Shown: in pieces, positions 35,155 through 45,642 of the stretch | How positions within the stretch are numbered: position 1 is the stretch's first letter | Layout of the letters: each line of letters starts with the position of its first letter | IMG/VR virus record: IMGVR_UViG_3300032116_000239 | Span: 1-57,413 of that record | Length of the DNA stretch: 57,413 nucleotides | DNA from: a virus | Lineage: Duplodnaviria; Caudoviricetes | Reading direction: 5' to 3' (one strand) | Notes under the pieces: generated by a model | Databases searched by the model: none | What the model was told of the DNA's origin: nothing | The model's input: the letters and a program-made list of their open reading frames with translations, nothing else | Position numbers and translations under genes: made by a program

Positions 35155-36213
35155 ATGTCTATCCAAAACTACGGCACCGTTGCGTCGCGAAACCTCATTC
35201 GCGCGGCGCAAGGCATGCTGGAGCACGCACAGCCCATCACTGTTCTGGGTGACTTTGGCACCCAGCGCGAGATGCCCCAGAACTCGACCGACACCCTGGT
35301 CTTCCGTCGTACGCTGCCCTTCGGCGCTTCGACCACCGGCACGACGATCGAGAACAGCCAGCGCTACGTTGGCACGCCTGACGTCACGGCGTCGAACTTC
35401 GTGCTGGCTGAAGGCGTCACGCCCAACGCCAACACGATCTCGTTCCAGGACGTGAGCGTGCAGCTGCAGCAGTACGGTATCTTGTTCAAGTACAGCTCCA
35501 AGGTCGAGCAGCTGTACGAAGACGACATCCCTGGCGAGATGGTCAAGCTGACTGGCGAGACCCTGGCCGAGGTGATGGAGCTCGTGCGCTACGGCGTGCT
35601 GAAGGCCGGCTCCACGGTGATCTACGCCAACGGCTCCAGCCGCTCGGCCGTGAACACCGCGATCAGCCTGAACGCCCTGCGCAAGGCCGCTCGTACGCTG
35701 GAGTCCAACCGCGCTCGCCGCGTGACCAGCCGCCTGGCTCCTGGCGTGAACTTCGGCACCCGTGCTGTGCAGCCCGCGTTCATCGTGTTCTGCCACACCG
35801 ACGCTGTGAGCGACGTGCGTAACCTGCCCGGCTTCACCCGGGTGGAAGAGTACGGCTCGTTCAAGCCCATCCACGACCGTGAGGTCGGGGCTTGCGAGGA
35901 CTTCCGCTTCATCAGCTCGCCGCTGCTCAAGAGCTTCGCCGCTTCGGGCTCCGGCACGCTCAACGGCATGCTGTCCATCGGCGCCTCCAACGTGGACGTG
36001 TACCCCTTCATCATCATCGGTGAGGACTGCTGGGGCCAGGTTGCGCTCAAGGGCATGGCGGCCATCAAGCCGGTGGTGCTCAAGGCCAGCCAGACCAACC
36101 ACGCCAACCCGCTGGGCCAGTTCGGCTACGTGGGTGCTTCGACATGGTTCGCCACGGTCCGCCTCAACGACGCCTTCATGGCTCGTATCGAGGCCGGCGT
36201 GACCGCTCTGTGA
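35155..36213 (+). CDS. Major capsid protein (N4-gp56 family)
   Basis: FG....MP.N....FRR, L.EGVTP, LQQYG, EVG....RF, NPLGQ.GYVG. Confidence 0.92.
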   Translation: MSIQNYGTVASRNLIRAAQGMLEHAQPITVLGDFGTQREMPQNSTDTLVFRRTLPFGASTTGTTIENSQRYVGTPDVTASNFVLAEGVTPNANTISFQDVSVQLQQYGILFKYSSKVEQLYEDDIPGEMVKLTGETLAEVMELVRYGVLKAGSTVIYANGSSRSAVNTAISLNALRKAARTLESNRARRVTSRLAPGVNFGTRAVQPAFIVFCHTDAVSDVRNLPGFTRVEEYGSFKPIHDREVGACEDFRFISSPLLKSFAASGSGTLNGMLSIGASNVDVYPFIIIGEDCWGQVALKGMAAIKPVVLKASQTNHANPLGQFGYVGASTWFATVRLNDAFMARIEAGVTAL

Positions 36214-36262
36214 TGATCCGGGGCCAGGTCACCCTGGCCCCACCACTCTGAAAGGAACGTAC

Positions 36263-36448
36263 ATGGCTACTGAATCCGTAGCAGAGCGGGTTAATCGGCT
36301 TGCTGACGGCATCGACCGTCAAGAGCTGGGCATCCTGCTGACCGCCATTGTCGACGCGCTGCAAGCCGTCGGCGCCAAGCTGGACGCGGACTCTGGTGTC
36401 GGTGACACCAACTACGCCGCGACCATCGCCACCTTCGTCAAAGACTAA
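36263..36448 (+). CDS. Small virion protein
   Basis: AKLDADSGV.DTNY motif; AAGGA RBS. Confidence 0.7.
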   Translation: MATESVAERVNRLADGIDRQELGILLTAIVDALQAVGAKLDADSGVGDTNYAATIATFVKD

Positions 36449-36461
36449 AGGAACCTGAACC

Positions 36462-36902
36462 ATGTCTTACAACATTGAGCAAATCAACAGCGGCTCCGTG
36501 TCGCTGACCGCCGCCGGCTTGGCCGAGGGCACCAACGCCAACACCTACAAGACGACCAACACGCTGGCCTACACGGTCAACGGCGTGTTCAAGTCCAAGG
36601 GTGCAACGGACAACGTCGCCATGACCGCCGGCGTGGGCACCGTGCCCCCGTCCAGCGCCGCCCTGTACGGCGTGTGGATCGACGGCTCTGGCAACTTCAG
36701 CAACACCCGCGGCCCGGTGGTCGAGACCGGCGCTCCTTGCCCGGTGCCCAGCGCTCCTGCCGGTGACGTCGCTCTGGTCGGCCTGATCAAGGTCACGACC
36801 AACAGCTCGACCACCTTCACCCCGGGATCCACTGACCTGGGCGCAGCGGGCGTCACCGACGTCTACCTCGACTGCATGGTCATGCCGGGCAGCGCGCAGT
36901 AA
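36462..36902 (+). CDS. Probable capsid decoration protein
   Basis: Thr/Gly-rich 146 aa after the MCP, strong RBS, upstream of a terminator. Confidence 0.6.
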   Translation: MSYNIEQINSGSVSLTAAGLAEGTNANTYKTTNTLAYTVNGVFKSKGATDNVAMTAGVGTVPPSSAALYGVWIDGSGNFSNTRGPVVETGAPCPVPSAPAGDVALVGLIKVTTNSSTTFTPGSTDLGAAGVTDVYLDCMVMPGSAQ

Positions 36903-36938
36903 CCATTGCCATCTCCCTGATCCTCCTCAGTGGAGTTT

Positions 36939-36967
36939 GAGAGGCGCCTTCGGGCGCCTCTCTTTTT
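36939..36967 (+). terminator. Intrinsic terminator after capsid genes
   Basis: GAGAGGCGCC-TTCG-GGCGCCTCTC-TTTTT. Confidence 0.85.
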
Positions 36968-37004
36968 GGCAATTCCCTTTTCCCAACCAGACGGAGAGCT
37001 TGAG

Positions 37005-37430
37005 ATGGCAAACAAGAAGGACCCCATGCAGGGCATCGAAATCGCTGACGACACGCCTGTTGTCGAGACCGTGGCGGAGTCCAAGGATTTCCGGCAGCTG
37101 GCCGCTGACGAGGCGTTCATGAACGAGATGGTCACGGTGATGGTGCACAGCACCACCGACGAGAACCAGGCTCCGCATGTGATCGTCAACTGCAACGGGA
37201 TGAACCAGCCGATCGTCCGCGGCTATCCGACCAAGGTGCGACGCAAGTACGTCGAGATCCTGGCGCGGATGAAGGAGACCAAGTACACCCAGCGCACGCC
37301 GAACCCGGCCGCGCCGGATCAGTCCGAGCTGGTGCCGCGGCACGGCTTGGCCTACCCCTTTGACTTAGTGTCCGACGACAATCCTCGTGGCCGCGCGTGG
37401 CTGCAGAACGTCTTGGCTGAGCCTGCCTGA
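37005..37430 (+). CDS. Hypothetical virion-assembly protein
   Basis: FMNE.V.V...VNCNG...RG....V.RKYVE.LAR...YPF...D.NPRG.AWL. Confidence 0.7.
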   Translation: MANKKDPMQGIEIADDTPVVETVAESKDFRQLAADEAFMNEMVTVMVHSTTDENQAPHVIVNCNGMNQPIVRGYPTKVRRKYVEILARMKETKYTQRTPNPAAPDQSELVPRHGLAYPFDLVSDDNPRGRAWLQNVLAEPA

Positions 37431-37432
37431 GC

Positions 37433-38122
37433 ATGAACTTCCTCGCCCTTGTGAACCGCACGTTGGTCGAGTGCGGCGTCTCTGGTGCCAGCACGCCGTT
37501 GACCACGCTGACAGGAGTCACGGGCGAGCTGCTGCGCATCAAGCAGTGGGTCAACTCGGCGTGGATAGACATCCAGACCGCGCACGAGGACTGGCAGTGG
37601 ATGCGTTACCCGGTGCAGTTCAACACGGTGACGCAGCAGCAGACCTACACGCCGACGCAAGCCGGCGTGGGGTCTACGTTTGGCAACTGGAAGCGCGACA
37701 GCTTCCGCTGCTCGTCGGTCGGTCAGAACTACGCCGATGAGCAGCTGCTGAACTTCATGGAGTACACCACCTTCCGCAACCTGTACCAGTACAGGAACAT
37801 GCGGTTCACCTACGCGCGACCGGTGGTGGTGTCGATCCAGCCCAGTGACAAGAGCCTGGCGTTCGGGTCGATCCCCGACCAGCCCTACGTCATCGTGGGC
37901 GAGTACTACGTTGCGCCGACTGAGATGTCGGCCAACACCGATGAGCCTGTGCTGCCGTCGCGCTTTCACATGGCCATCGTCTACCGGGCCATGATGTCCT
38001 ACGGCAGTTTTGAGGCTGCGCCCGAGGTTTACTCGCGCGGCGAGCTGGAGTTCAAGCGGTTGATGAACCGGCTGGAGATCGACCAGATCACCACGCCTGT
38101 CAGCGGTCCGCCGTTGGCGTGA
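37433..38122 (+). CDS. Head-tail adaptor protein
   Basis: MNFL.LVN..L.E, WVN.AW.DIQ, PD..Y, P.LP.RFH.AIV; position after the head genes. Confidence 0.75.
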   Translation: MNFLALVNRTLVECGVSGASTPLTTLTGVTGELLRIKQWVNSAWIDIQTAHEDWQWMRYPVQFNTVTQQQTYTPTQAGVGSTFGNWKRDSFRCSSVGQNYADEQLLNFMEYTTFRNLYQYRNMRFTYARPVVVSIQPSDKSLAFGSIPDQPYVIVGEYYVAPTEMSANTDEPVLPSRFHMAIVYRAMMSYGSFEAAPEVYSRGELEFKRLMNRLEIDQITTPVSGPPLA

Positions 38123-38130
38123 GGTAAGGC

Positions 38131-40182
38131 ATGCCAACGCCTAAGATGCCGCCGGTTCAGTACGACTTGATCCGCCTCGGTGGAGGCTTGGATCAGGTCA
38201 CGCCGACGTTGACTCTGCCGCCAGGCTTCGCGCGCAAGGCCGCCAACTTCGAGTGCAACGTCAGCGGCGGCTACACCCGCATCGCAGGCTACGAGCGCTT
38301 CGATGGCCGGACCAGCCCGTCAGCGGCCCTCTACAACATTCTGATCTGCACCTTCACCGGCGTCGTCGCGGTCGGCAACACGGTCACCGGCATGACGTCT
38401 GCGGCCACCGGCAAGGTGATCGCCGTGACCGACACGACGGTCGTGGTCACGCGCCAGGTGGGCGACTTCGTTGTGAGCGAGGGCCTGTCGGTCTCTGCCG
38501 TGCAGAGGGCCACCGTAACGGGAATTCAAGGCGTCAGTGCCGACGGCCTGACCGACGCGCAGTACCGCAACCTGGCGGCCGACGAGTACCGCTCCAGCAT
38601 CCAAGCGGTGCCCGGGTCCGGCAAGGTCCTGGGCGTGGCCATCTACAAGGGCGACGTCTACGCTTGGCGCAACGCGATCGGCGGCGCCAGCGCGGCCATG
38701 TTCAAGGCTACGACCAGCGGCTGGACTGCGGTGACGCTGGGCAAGGAGCTCGTCTTCACCAACGGCGTGGTCGACATCCCCGAGGGCTCAACGGTCACCG
38801 GGCAGTCCAGCGGCGCCACGGGCGTGGTGGCCAGGACGGTGCTGCAGGCCGGCTCTTGGGGCGGCACCACGCTGGCCTCAGGCCGGCTGATCCTGTCCAG
38901 CACCACGGGCACCTTCACCACCGGCGAAAACCTGCGCATCGGTGCGACAGTCCACGCACACGCGGGCGGGGCGGCCACGCAGATCACGTTGCTGCCCAAC
39001 GGGCGGTACGAGACCGTCGTCGGCAACTTCGGCGGCGGCGACGCCAACTTCCGCCTCTACGGGTGCGACGGCGTCAACCGCGCGTTTGAGTTCGACGGCA
39101 CGGTGTTTGTGCCGATCGCAACCACGATGCCCAGCGACGTTCCTCTGCATGTGGCTGTGCACAAGCAGCACCTGTTCCTGTCGTTTGGCGCGTCGCTGCA
39201 GTTCTCCGCCCTCGGGTATCCGTATCAGTGGGACCCCGTACTGGGCGCTGGCGAGATCGCCATGAACGGCCAGATCACGAATCTGATCGTGCTGCCCGGC
39301 GACCAGACCAGCGGTGCGTTGGGCGTCTACACCCGGCGCGATACCTCGGTGCTGTACGGCACAAGCGAGGCCAACTTCTCGCTGTCGACGTTCAACACGG
39401 GCACGGGTGCGGTGCCCTACACCGCGCGCAACATGGACCAGGCCTACGTCCTGGACGACCGCGGCATCATCAGCTTGGGCACGACGCTGAACTTCGGCAA
39501 CTTCTTGCCGGCGTCGCTGACCATGAACCTGCGGCCGTACTTGCAGAGCCGGATCAACTTGGCCACGGCCAGCTCGCTGAACCGCAACAAAGGTCAGTAC
39601 CGGGTGTTCTTCTCTGACGGCACCGGCATCTACATGACGATGATCAACGGCAAGTTGATCGGCTCGATGCCTGTGGAGTTTCTGGACCCCGTGGTGTGCT
39701 GCGATGAGGGCGAGGACGCCGACGGCAACGCGGTGTCGTTCTTTGGTTCCGATGACGGGTTCGTCTACGAGCTCGACAAGGGCACCAGCTTTGATGGCGA
39801 CATCATCTCTGCCAGCGTCAACCTGGTCTACAACTCGATCAAGTCGCCGCGGATTCTGAAGAGATACCGCAAGGCCAGTGTCGAGCTGGCGGGCAACTAC
39901 TACACCGAGATCCAGTTCGGCTACGACCTTGGTTACCGAAGGGCGGAGATCCCTCAGCCCTTGGACGCGGCATTCCCAAATGACCTCAGGTCAAGCTACT
40001 GGGACTCCATGATCTGGGACAACTTTGTGTTTGACGGTTCTGACGTAACGCCGTCGGAGATCGAGATCAGTGGCACGGCAGAGAACATTGCCATCCGCGT
40101 GTCTTGCGCGTCGGATCTCTTTGAACCGTTCACGGTGAACACGATCATCATCCATTACACACCGCGTCGAGGACTGCGCTGA
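38131..40182 (+). CDS. Tail nozzle/tubular protein B (P22 gp10-like)
   Basis: 683-aa beta-rich protein; GGLD..TP, GYTRI.GYERFDG; follows the adaptor. Confidence 0.7.
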   Translation: MPTPKMPPVQYDLIRLGGGLDQVTPTLTLPPGFARKAANFECNVSGGYTRIAGYERFDGRTSPSAALYNILICTFTGVVAVGNTVTGMTSAATGKVIAVTDTTVVVTRQVGDFVVSEGLSVSAVQRATVTGIQGVSADGLTDAQYRNLAADEYRSSIQAVPGSGKVLGVAIYKGDVYAWRNAIGGASAAMFKATTSGWTAVTLGKELVFTNGVVDIPEGSTVTGQSSGATGVVARTVLQAGSWGGTTLASGRLILSSTTGTFTTGENLRIGATVHAHAGGAATQITLLPNGRYETVVGNFGGGDANFRLYGCDGVNRAFEFDGTVFVPIATTMPSDVPLHVAVHKQHLFLSFGASLQFSALGYPYQWDPVLGAGEIAMNGQITNLIVLPGDQTSGALGVYTRRDTSVLYGTSEANFSLSTFNTGTGAVPYTARNMDQAYVLDDRGIISLGTTLNFGNFLPASLTMNLRPYLQSRINLATASSLNRNKGQYRVFFSDGTGIYMTMINGKLIGSMPVEFLDPVVCCDEGEDADGNAVSFFGSDDGFVYELDKGTSFDGDIISASVNLVYNSIKSPRILKRYRKASVELAGNYYTEIQFGYDLGYRRAEIPQPLDAAFPNDLRSSYWDSMIWDNFVFDGSDVTPSEIEISGTAENIAIRVSCASDLFEPFTVNTIIIHYTPRRGLR

Positions 40183-42521
40183 TGTCGAACTCGTATTACA
40201 ACCACGGAACCTATCCGACCCCGAACTCGCCGGGTTCGTCGGCTGCGTTGCGCGCGGAACTGCAGTCCATCACCGACGGCTTTGACCTGCTGCCGACTCT
40301 GTCTGGCAATGCCAACAAGGTCGCGGTTGTCAATGGAACTGGCACGGCGCTGGTGGCCAGCTCGGCCCTGCAATCGTTGGCCGTCACGAGCTCGACTGTC
40401 GACAGCACGGTAATCGGCGGCGCGGCGCCTGCCGCAGGCACGTTCACGTCATTGGCTGCGACCAGCGCCACGGTTGGCGGGGCGAACGTGGTTACGACCA
40501 CCGGCACGCAGACGCTGACCAACAAGACGTTGACGGCGCCGGTCATCAGCACCATCAGCAACACCGGTACGCTGACGCTGCCCACCAGTACGGACACGTT
40601 GGTCGGTCGCGCAACCACCGACACGCTGACCAACAAGACGATCAGCGGATCCAGCAACACGCTCAGCAACATCGCCAATGCGAGCCTGACCAACTCGTCC
40701 GTCACCATCGGCTCGACGTCGGTCAGCCTGGGCAGCACGGCCACCACGGTGGCGGGCTTGACGCTGACCAGCCCGGTAATCAGCTCGATCAGCAATACCG
40801 GCACGCTGACGCTGCCCACCAGCACGGACACGCTGGTTGGCCGGGCCACGACGGACACGCTGACGAACAAGACCATCAGCGGTTCGAGCAACACCCTGAG
40901 CAACATCGCCAACGCCAGCCTGACGAACTCGTCGCTGACAATCGGCAGCACCTCGGTGAGCCTGGGCGGCACTGCGACGACGCTGGCTGGGCTGACCAGC
41001 GTGACGTCCACGAGCTTCGTGGGCGCGCTCACCGGCAACGCCAGCACGGTCACCAACGGCGTCTACACGAGCGGGTCCTACGCTGATCCTTCGTGGATCA
41101 CAAGCCTGGCCGGCAGCAAGGTCTCGGGCAACATCAGCGGCAACGCGGCCAACGTCACCGGCACGGTGGCCGTGACCAACGGGGGCACGGGAGCCACCAG
41201 CGCCTCGGGCGCGCGCACGAACCTGCTGCCCTCATTCACCGGCAACGCCGGCAAGGTGCTGGCCGTCAATGCCGGCGCCACGGACGTCGAATACATCGTG
41301 GCCGCTGGCACAGGCACCGTCACCAGCGTGGCCGTTTCGGGCGGCACGACGGGCCTGACCACTTCTGGCGGCCCTGTCACGACGGCTGGCACCATCACCC
41401 TGGCCGGAACCTTGGCGGTGGCCAACGGTGGCACGGGTCAGACGTCGTACACCGATGGCCAGCTGCTCATCGGCAACAGCACCGGCAACACCCTGGCCAA
41501 GTCGACGCTGACCGCGGGCAGTGGCATCTCCATCACCAACGGCGCGGGGTCGATCACCATCGCGTCGACGGCGGGGATGGTGTACCCCAGCGCGGGCGTT
41601 GCGGTGTCTACCGGGTCGGCATGGGGGACGTCGCTTACAGCGCCCACCGGCGCGATCGTCGGCACTACCGATACCCAGACGCTGACCAACAAGACGCTGA
41701 CAACGCCGGTCTTGTCTGCGACCACTTCCAACACTTCTGGCGCGCTTGGCTACGGTTCGGGCGCTCTGTCTTTTGGAACGGGGGCAACCTCGCTCACGGT
41801 AGCCACTCGCGAAGAGGCGAACTCGTTCACCGGTGCCAACGTGTTTGGCAACGTCAGCGGGCAGACGTTTCTTGCGTCAACCAACGCCTCGCAAGACGGC
41901 GTGGTTGTCAACGGCCGAGCCGGCGGGGCGAGCTCGTACCGCGTCACGATCGCGCCGACGACCTTGTCGGCGTCACGCAGTGTCACGCTGCCTGACGCAG
42001 ACGGCGTGGTCGTGCTTGCCGCTGCAACGCAGACGCTGACCAACAAGACGCTGACGGCACCGGTCATCAGCTCGATCAGCAACACCGGCACGCTGACTCT
42101 GCCGACGAGCACCGACACGCTGGTGGGTCGAGCTACGACGGACACGCTGACGAACAAGACGCTGACCAACCCGGCGCTGGGCAACAGCAACCTGACCGGC
42201 ATCAAGAACGCGACGTTCAACAGCCAGACCACCATCGCCACGACGAGCGGCAGCATCACGGTGGACTGGACGACGGCCCAGAACCAACTGCAGACCGAGC
42301 CTACGGGCACGATCACCTACACCTTCACCGCGCCGCCCGGGCCGTGCCACCTGCAGCTCATCATCAACAGCGACGGCACCAGCACGGCGCAGACGATCAA
42401 CTGGCCGGGCACGGTGATCCAGTATGGCGCCACTTGGGCCGGGGCGAACAACAAGAAAGCCGTCATCAACTTCTGGTACGACGGCACCAACTACCACATG
42501 ATCGGCACAAACCAGGTGTAA
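40182..42521 (+). CDS. Tail fibre protein with TLTNKT repeats
   Basis: N-terminal attachment motif (RAEL..I..GFD.LP), repeated TQTLTNKT, and V.NGGTG motifs. Confidence 0.8.
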   Translation: MSNSYYNHGTYPTPNSPGSSAALRAELQSITDGFDLLPTLSGNANKVAVVNGTGTALVASSALQSLAVTSSTVDSTVIGGAAPAAGTFTSLAATSATVGGANVVTTTGTQTLTNKTLTAPVISTISNTGTLTLPTSTDTLVGRATTDTLTNKTISGSSNTLSNIANASLTNSSVTIGSTSVSLGSTATTVAGLTLTSPVISSISNTGTLTLPTSTDTLVGRATTDTLTNKTISGSSNTLSNIANASLTNSSLTIGSTSVSLGGTATTLAGLTSVTSTSFVGALTGNASTVTNGVYTSGSYADPSWITSLAGSKVSGNISGNAANVTGTVAVTNGGTGATSASGARTNLLPSFTGNAGKVLAVNAGATDVEYIVAAGTGTVTSVAVSGGTTGLTTSGGPVTTAGTITLAGTLAVANGGTGQTSYTDGQLLIGNSTGNTLAKSTLTAGSGISITNGAGSITIASTAGMVYPSAGVAVSTGSAWGTSLTAPTGAIVGTTDTQTLTNKTLTTPVLSATTSNTSGALGYGSGALSFGTGATSLTVATREEANSFTGANVFGNVSGQTFLASTNASQDGVVVNGRAGGASSYRVTIAPTTLSASRSVTLPDADGVVVLAAATQTLTNKTLTAPVISSISNTGTLTLPTSTDTLVGRATTDTLTNKTLTNPALGNSNLTGIKNATFNSQTTIATTSGSITVDWTTAQNQLQTEPTGTITYTFTAPPGPCHLQLIINSDGTSTAQTINWPGTVIQYGATWAGANNKKAVINFWYDGTNYHMIGTNQV
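40539..41006 (+). repeat. 234-bp (78-aa) tandem duplication in the tail fibre; third partial copy at ~42060
   Basis: PVIS.ISNTGTLTLPTSTDTLVGRATTDTLTNKT begins at 40539, 40773 and 42060. Confidence 0.85.
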
Positions 42522-42524
42522 GAC

Positions 42525-44618
42525 ATGGCAGATCGCTATTGGGTCGGCGGCACGGGTAGCTGGAGTGCCACAAACACCGCCAACTGGTCTGCGTCGTCTG
42601 GCGGGGCCAGTGGGGCGAGCGTTCCCACGTCCGCCGACAACGTCTTCTTTGACAATGCGTCGGACAGCGGAGCGGATTACACGGTCACGATTACGCATGA
42701 CCCCGCCGCCAGTTGTGCAAACCTGACCATCAGCTCTCAGGACTTCATCCTCACACTTGCCTCCACAAATGTCAGGCTGAACATACATGGATCTATCAAC
42801 ATAAACCCGGTTGTTTCAGGTAGATATAACGCCACCAATACGCATGAGTGGTCCCTGAATGGGACAGGCGCTCAGACAATAAGCCTGTCTAATGCCGCAA
42901 AATTAAGCAACGGGACTCTTGTATTTAACTCAAGCGGCACATACACGCTGTCCACCGGAGTGACTACGGGTGGTTCAGTTACGGTGCAAAACCCGTCGAC
43001 GCTTGCGCTTGCCGGGTTTACGTTAACCATCGCGTCGGACTTTACGCTTAATTCTGGCGGAACCATCAGCTTCGGCACCGGCGGCGTTATATACAGCACG
43101 GCGTCAAACATAACGCACACGTTCAACGGAACCGTAACCGCAGGCACGGGCCACGTCTGGATGAACGGCGCAGGAACCCAGACGCTCAATGGCGGCGGAA
43201 AGACTTTCTACCAAGTCACCATGGGCAGCGTAAGCGCAACCAGCTTGGTTGTGAACGGGGCCAACACGTACACGAACCTCATCTTTGCAAGCCCTGCCAA
43301 TGTTTCCAGGACAGTAACTGTCTCCGCCAATCAGACTGTTACGAGCGCATTGAACTTTGGTGGTGCGTCGCCGACGTCAAACCCCCACGACCGGCGCACG
43401 GTCATCAAGTCCAATACCTTCGGAACGCAGCGCACCATTTCGATCGCAACTGCTCAGAACGTCCAGACGCTTGACTTTGAGGACATTGCGATCACTGGGG
43501 CGGCTTCGCCCATCAGCGGCAGCAGCCTGTCGAACAGACTGGGCAATTCAGGCATCACTTTCACTGCAGCCAAGACCAGCTACTGGGTGGGCGGCACGGG
43601 CAACTGGAGCAGCGACGCTGGCACCAAGTGGGCCGCGTCTAGCGGAGGAGCTGCTGCCGTAACAAACTACCCGCTGGCTCAAGATACCGTCGTCGTCGAC
43701 AACAGCAGCGGAACCGGCACTATCACGGTCGACACGCTAAATTTCCCGCAGGCAGTAGGGACATTGGACCTGAGTGCAAGAAGCTCAGGTGCTCTTACCT
43801 TCTCCGCCGGCAGCTCTGCGTTCTACATATACAAGGATTGGAAACTGAGTTTTGTTATGGCATTTGGCGGCACAAGCTCCGTCCACCTGCTAAATCGCTC
43901 TTCTGGAAGCATTGACAGTAACGGAGCATCCGTAGACACCAACGTCACCATCAACGCTATTGGCGGAACTGTTTCCCTGCTTGATGCCTTTTCTCAAACG
44001 TCTTCGTATTCTGTTTCACTTACGACGGGCACTCTTGATCTGAACGGAAGCAACTTTACGTGCGGATCATTTTCGGCGGCCGGGTCGTCGTCGAGGACAC
44101 TGGCTCTTGGATCAAACAATTTGGTTTGCGCAGGTAGCGGCGCAAGCGCATTTTCCGCCAGCGGTTCTGGTTTTTCGGTTACCGGCACAGGCAAGATCAG
44201 GATGACGTCTGCGTCGGCCAAGACGTTTGCCGGCAACGGATTGACGTATCCCGAGCTGGAGAACGGCGGCGCCGGATCGCTCACCATCAGCGGCAACAAC
44301 ACGTTCACGACGATCAGCAATTCGGTCCAGCCGACGACGTTCAACTTCACGTCGGGCACCACGCAGACGGTCACCAACTTCAACGTCTCAGGGACTGCGG
44401 GAAACCTGGTCACCATCACGGCGACCTCAACCGGCCAGGCCACCTTGTCCAAGGCGTCCGGCACGGTGTCGGTCTCGTACACCAGCATCAGCAAGTCCAA
44501 CGCCACGGGCGGGGCGACTTGGCGCGCGCTGGCTGCTGACGGAAACGTGAACGGCGGCACCAACACCGGCTGGATCTTCTCCAGCGGCAACGGACTCTTC
44601 TTTGGGAGCAACTTCTGA
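42525..44618 (+). CDS. Beta-solenoid tail spike/adhesin-like protein
   Basis: Two YWVGGTG.WS modules; Ser/Thr/Gly-rich; ends N.GWIF. Confidence 0.7.
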   Translation: MADRYWVGGTGSWSATNTANWSASSGGASGASVPTSADNVFFDNASDSGADYTVTITHDPAASCANLTISSQDFILTLASTNVRLNIHGSININPVVSGRYNATNTHEWSLNGTGAQTISLSNAAKLSNGTLVFNSSGTYTLSTGVTTGGSVTVQNPSTLALAGFTLTIASDFTLNSGGTISFGTGGVIYSTASNITHTFNGTVTAGTGHVWMNGAGTQTLNGGGKTFYQVTMGSVSATSLVVNGANTYTNLIFASPANVSRTVTVSANQTVTSALNFGGASPTSNPHDRRTVIKSNTFGTQRTISIATAQNVQTLDFEDIAITGAASPISGSSLSNRLGNSGITFTAAKTSYWVGGTGNWSSDAGTKWAASSGGAAAVTNYPLAQDTVVVDNSSGTGTITVDTLNFPQAVGTLDLSARSSGALTFSAGSSAFYIYKDWKLSFVMAFGGTSSVHLLNRSSGSIDSNGASVDTNVTINAIGGTVSLLDAFSQTSSYSVSLTTGTLDLNGSNFTCGSFSAAGSSSRTLALGSNNLVCAGSGASAFSASGSGFSVTGTGKIRMTSASAKTFAGNGLTYPELENGGAGSLTISGNNTFTTISNSVQPTTFNFTSGTTQTVTNFNVSGTAGNLVTITATSTGQATLSKASGTVSVSYTSISKSNATGGATWRALAADGNVNGGTNTGWIFSSGNGLFFGSNF

Positions 44619-45163
44619 TGTACGCACTCATTCAAGCCGGGGCCGTTGTAACGTACCCGTACTCCATCGGCCAGTTCCAGGCCGACAACCCGCATGTGGC
44701 GCTGCCGATGTCGCCGACCACGGCGCAGCTCAACGAGGTGGGCATCTACGCCGTCACCCCGGCCAGCCCGCCTGCGGCCTCGGTGGGCCAGGTGGTCGAG
44801 GAGACCACGCCGGAGCTGGTGTCTGGGGCGTGGATGCAGGCCTGGGCGGTGCGCGCAGCGACACCCGCCGAGGTGACGCAGCAAGAGCAGGCGCTGCTGG
44901 CCGACATCGTGGCCGCCACCCAGGCCCGCTTGGACGCCTTCGCGCGCACGCGCAGCTACGACGACATCAAGAGCGCCAGCGACTACGCCGGCTGCTCGGT
45001 GCCCAAGTTCAGCGTCGAGGGCACCTACTGCCGCGACGCCCGGGCCGAGACCTGGGCCAAGCTGTACGACATGCTTGACGAAGTGAACGCCGGCACGCGG
45101 CCGATGCCTTCCAGCTTCGCGGATGTTGAGCCAGAATTGCCAGCGCTCGCCTGGCCGACCTGA
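44618..45163 (+). CDS. Tail fibre assembly/chaperone-like protein
   Basis: YPYS...NP; RLD.FA..R.YD.I.SA..Y; ELP.L.WP. Confidence 0.65.
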   Translation: MYALIQAGAVVTYPYSIGQFQADNPHVALPMSPTTAQLNEVGIYAVTPASPPAASVGQVVEETTPELVSGAWMQAWAVRAATPAEVTQQEQALLADIVAATQARLDAFARTRSYDDIKSASDYAGCSVPKFSVEGTYCRDARAETWAKLYDMLDEVNAGTRPMPSSFADVEPELPALAWPT

Positions 45164-45171
45164 AAGGTGTT

Positions 45172-45642
45172 GTGATGTTGGAAGCACTCTTCTCTTTTCT
45201 CGGCGGCTCGGTTTTCCGCATGATCTGGGGCGAGGTTTCGGCTTGGTACAACAAGCGGCAGGATCACGCTTTCGAGATTGAGCGCTTGCGGCTGCAGTCC
45301 GACCTGGACGCAGCGCAGCACCAGCGCACGCAGGAAATGCTGCGCCTGCAAAGCGAGCTTGGCATCAAGACGGTGGCGGCGCAAGCAGAGGCGGATGTGG
45401 CCACAGCCGAAGCCGACGCCTTTGTCAAAGCCATGGAGAACGCTTTCAAGCCCTCAGGCTGGGCCTTCGTGGACATCTGGAACGGAATCATCCGCCCGTC
45501 GGCTGCCACCATTGCGCTGACGTTGTGGGTGCTTAAGCTCAACAGCCAGAACTGGATCATGCAGGAGTGGGACATCACTCTGGCGGGGACGGTGTTGGGT
45601 TTTTTCTTTGCGGACCGCAGCCTTGGCAAGCGTGGAAGGTAA
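45172..45642 (+). CDS. Probable holin
   Basis: Hydrophobic N-terminus, coiled coil, W...IRP and FFF.DRSL.KR; precedes the lysozyme. Confidence 0.65.
   Translation: MMLEALFSFLGGSVFRMIWGEVSAWYNKRQDHAFEIERLRLQSDLDAAQHQRTQEMLRLQSELGIKTVAAQAEADVATAEADAFVKAMENAFKPSGWAFVDIWNGIIRPSAATIALTLWVLKLNSQNWIMQEWDITLAGTVLGFFFADRSLGKRGR

Noticed and set aside
35141-36467. Repeated AAAGGAAC(C)TGAACCATGTCT before the capsid and decoration genes as a mobile repeat
   Set aside because: Adequately explained as strong translation-initiation regions of highly expressed genes.
29625-45163. Diversity-generating retroelement or invertase shufflon acting on the fibres
   Set aside because: No reverse transcriptase, no adenine-specific TR/VR pair, and no invertase or inverted crossover sites seen.
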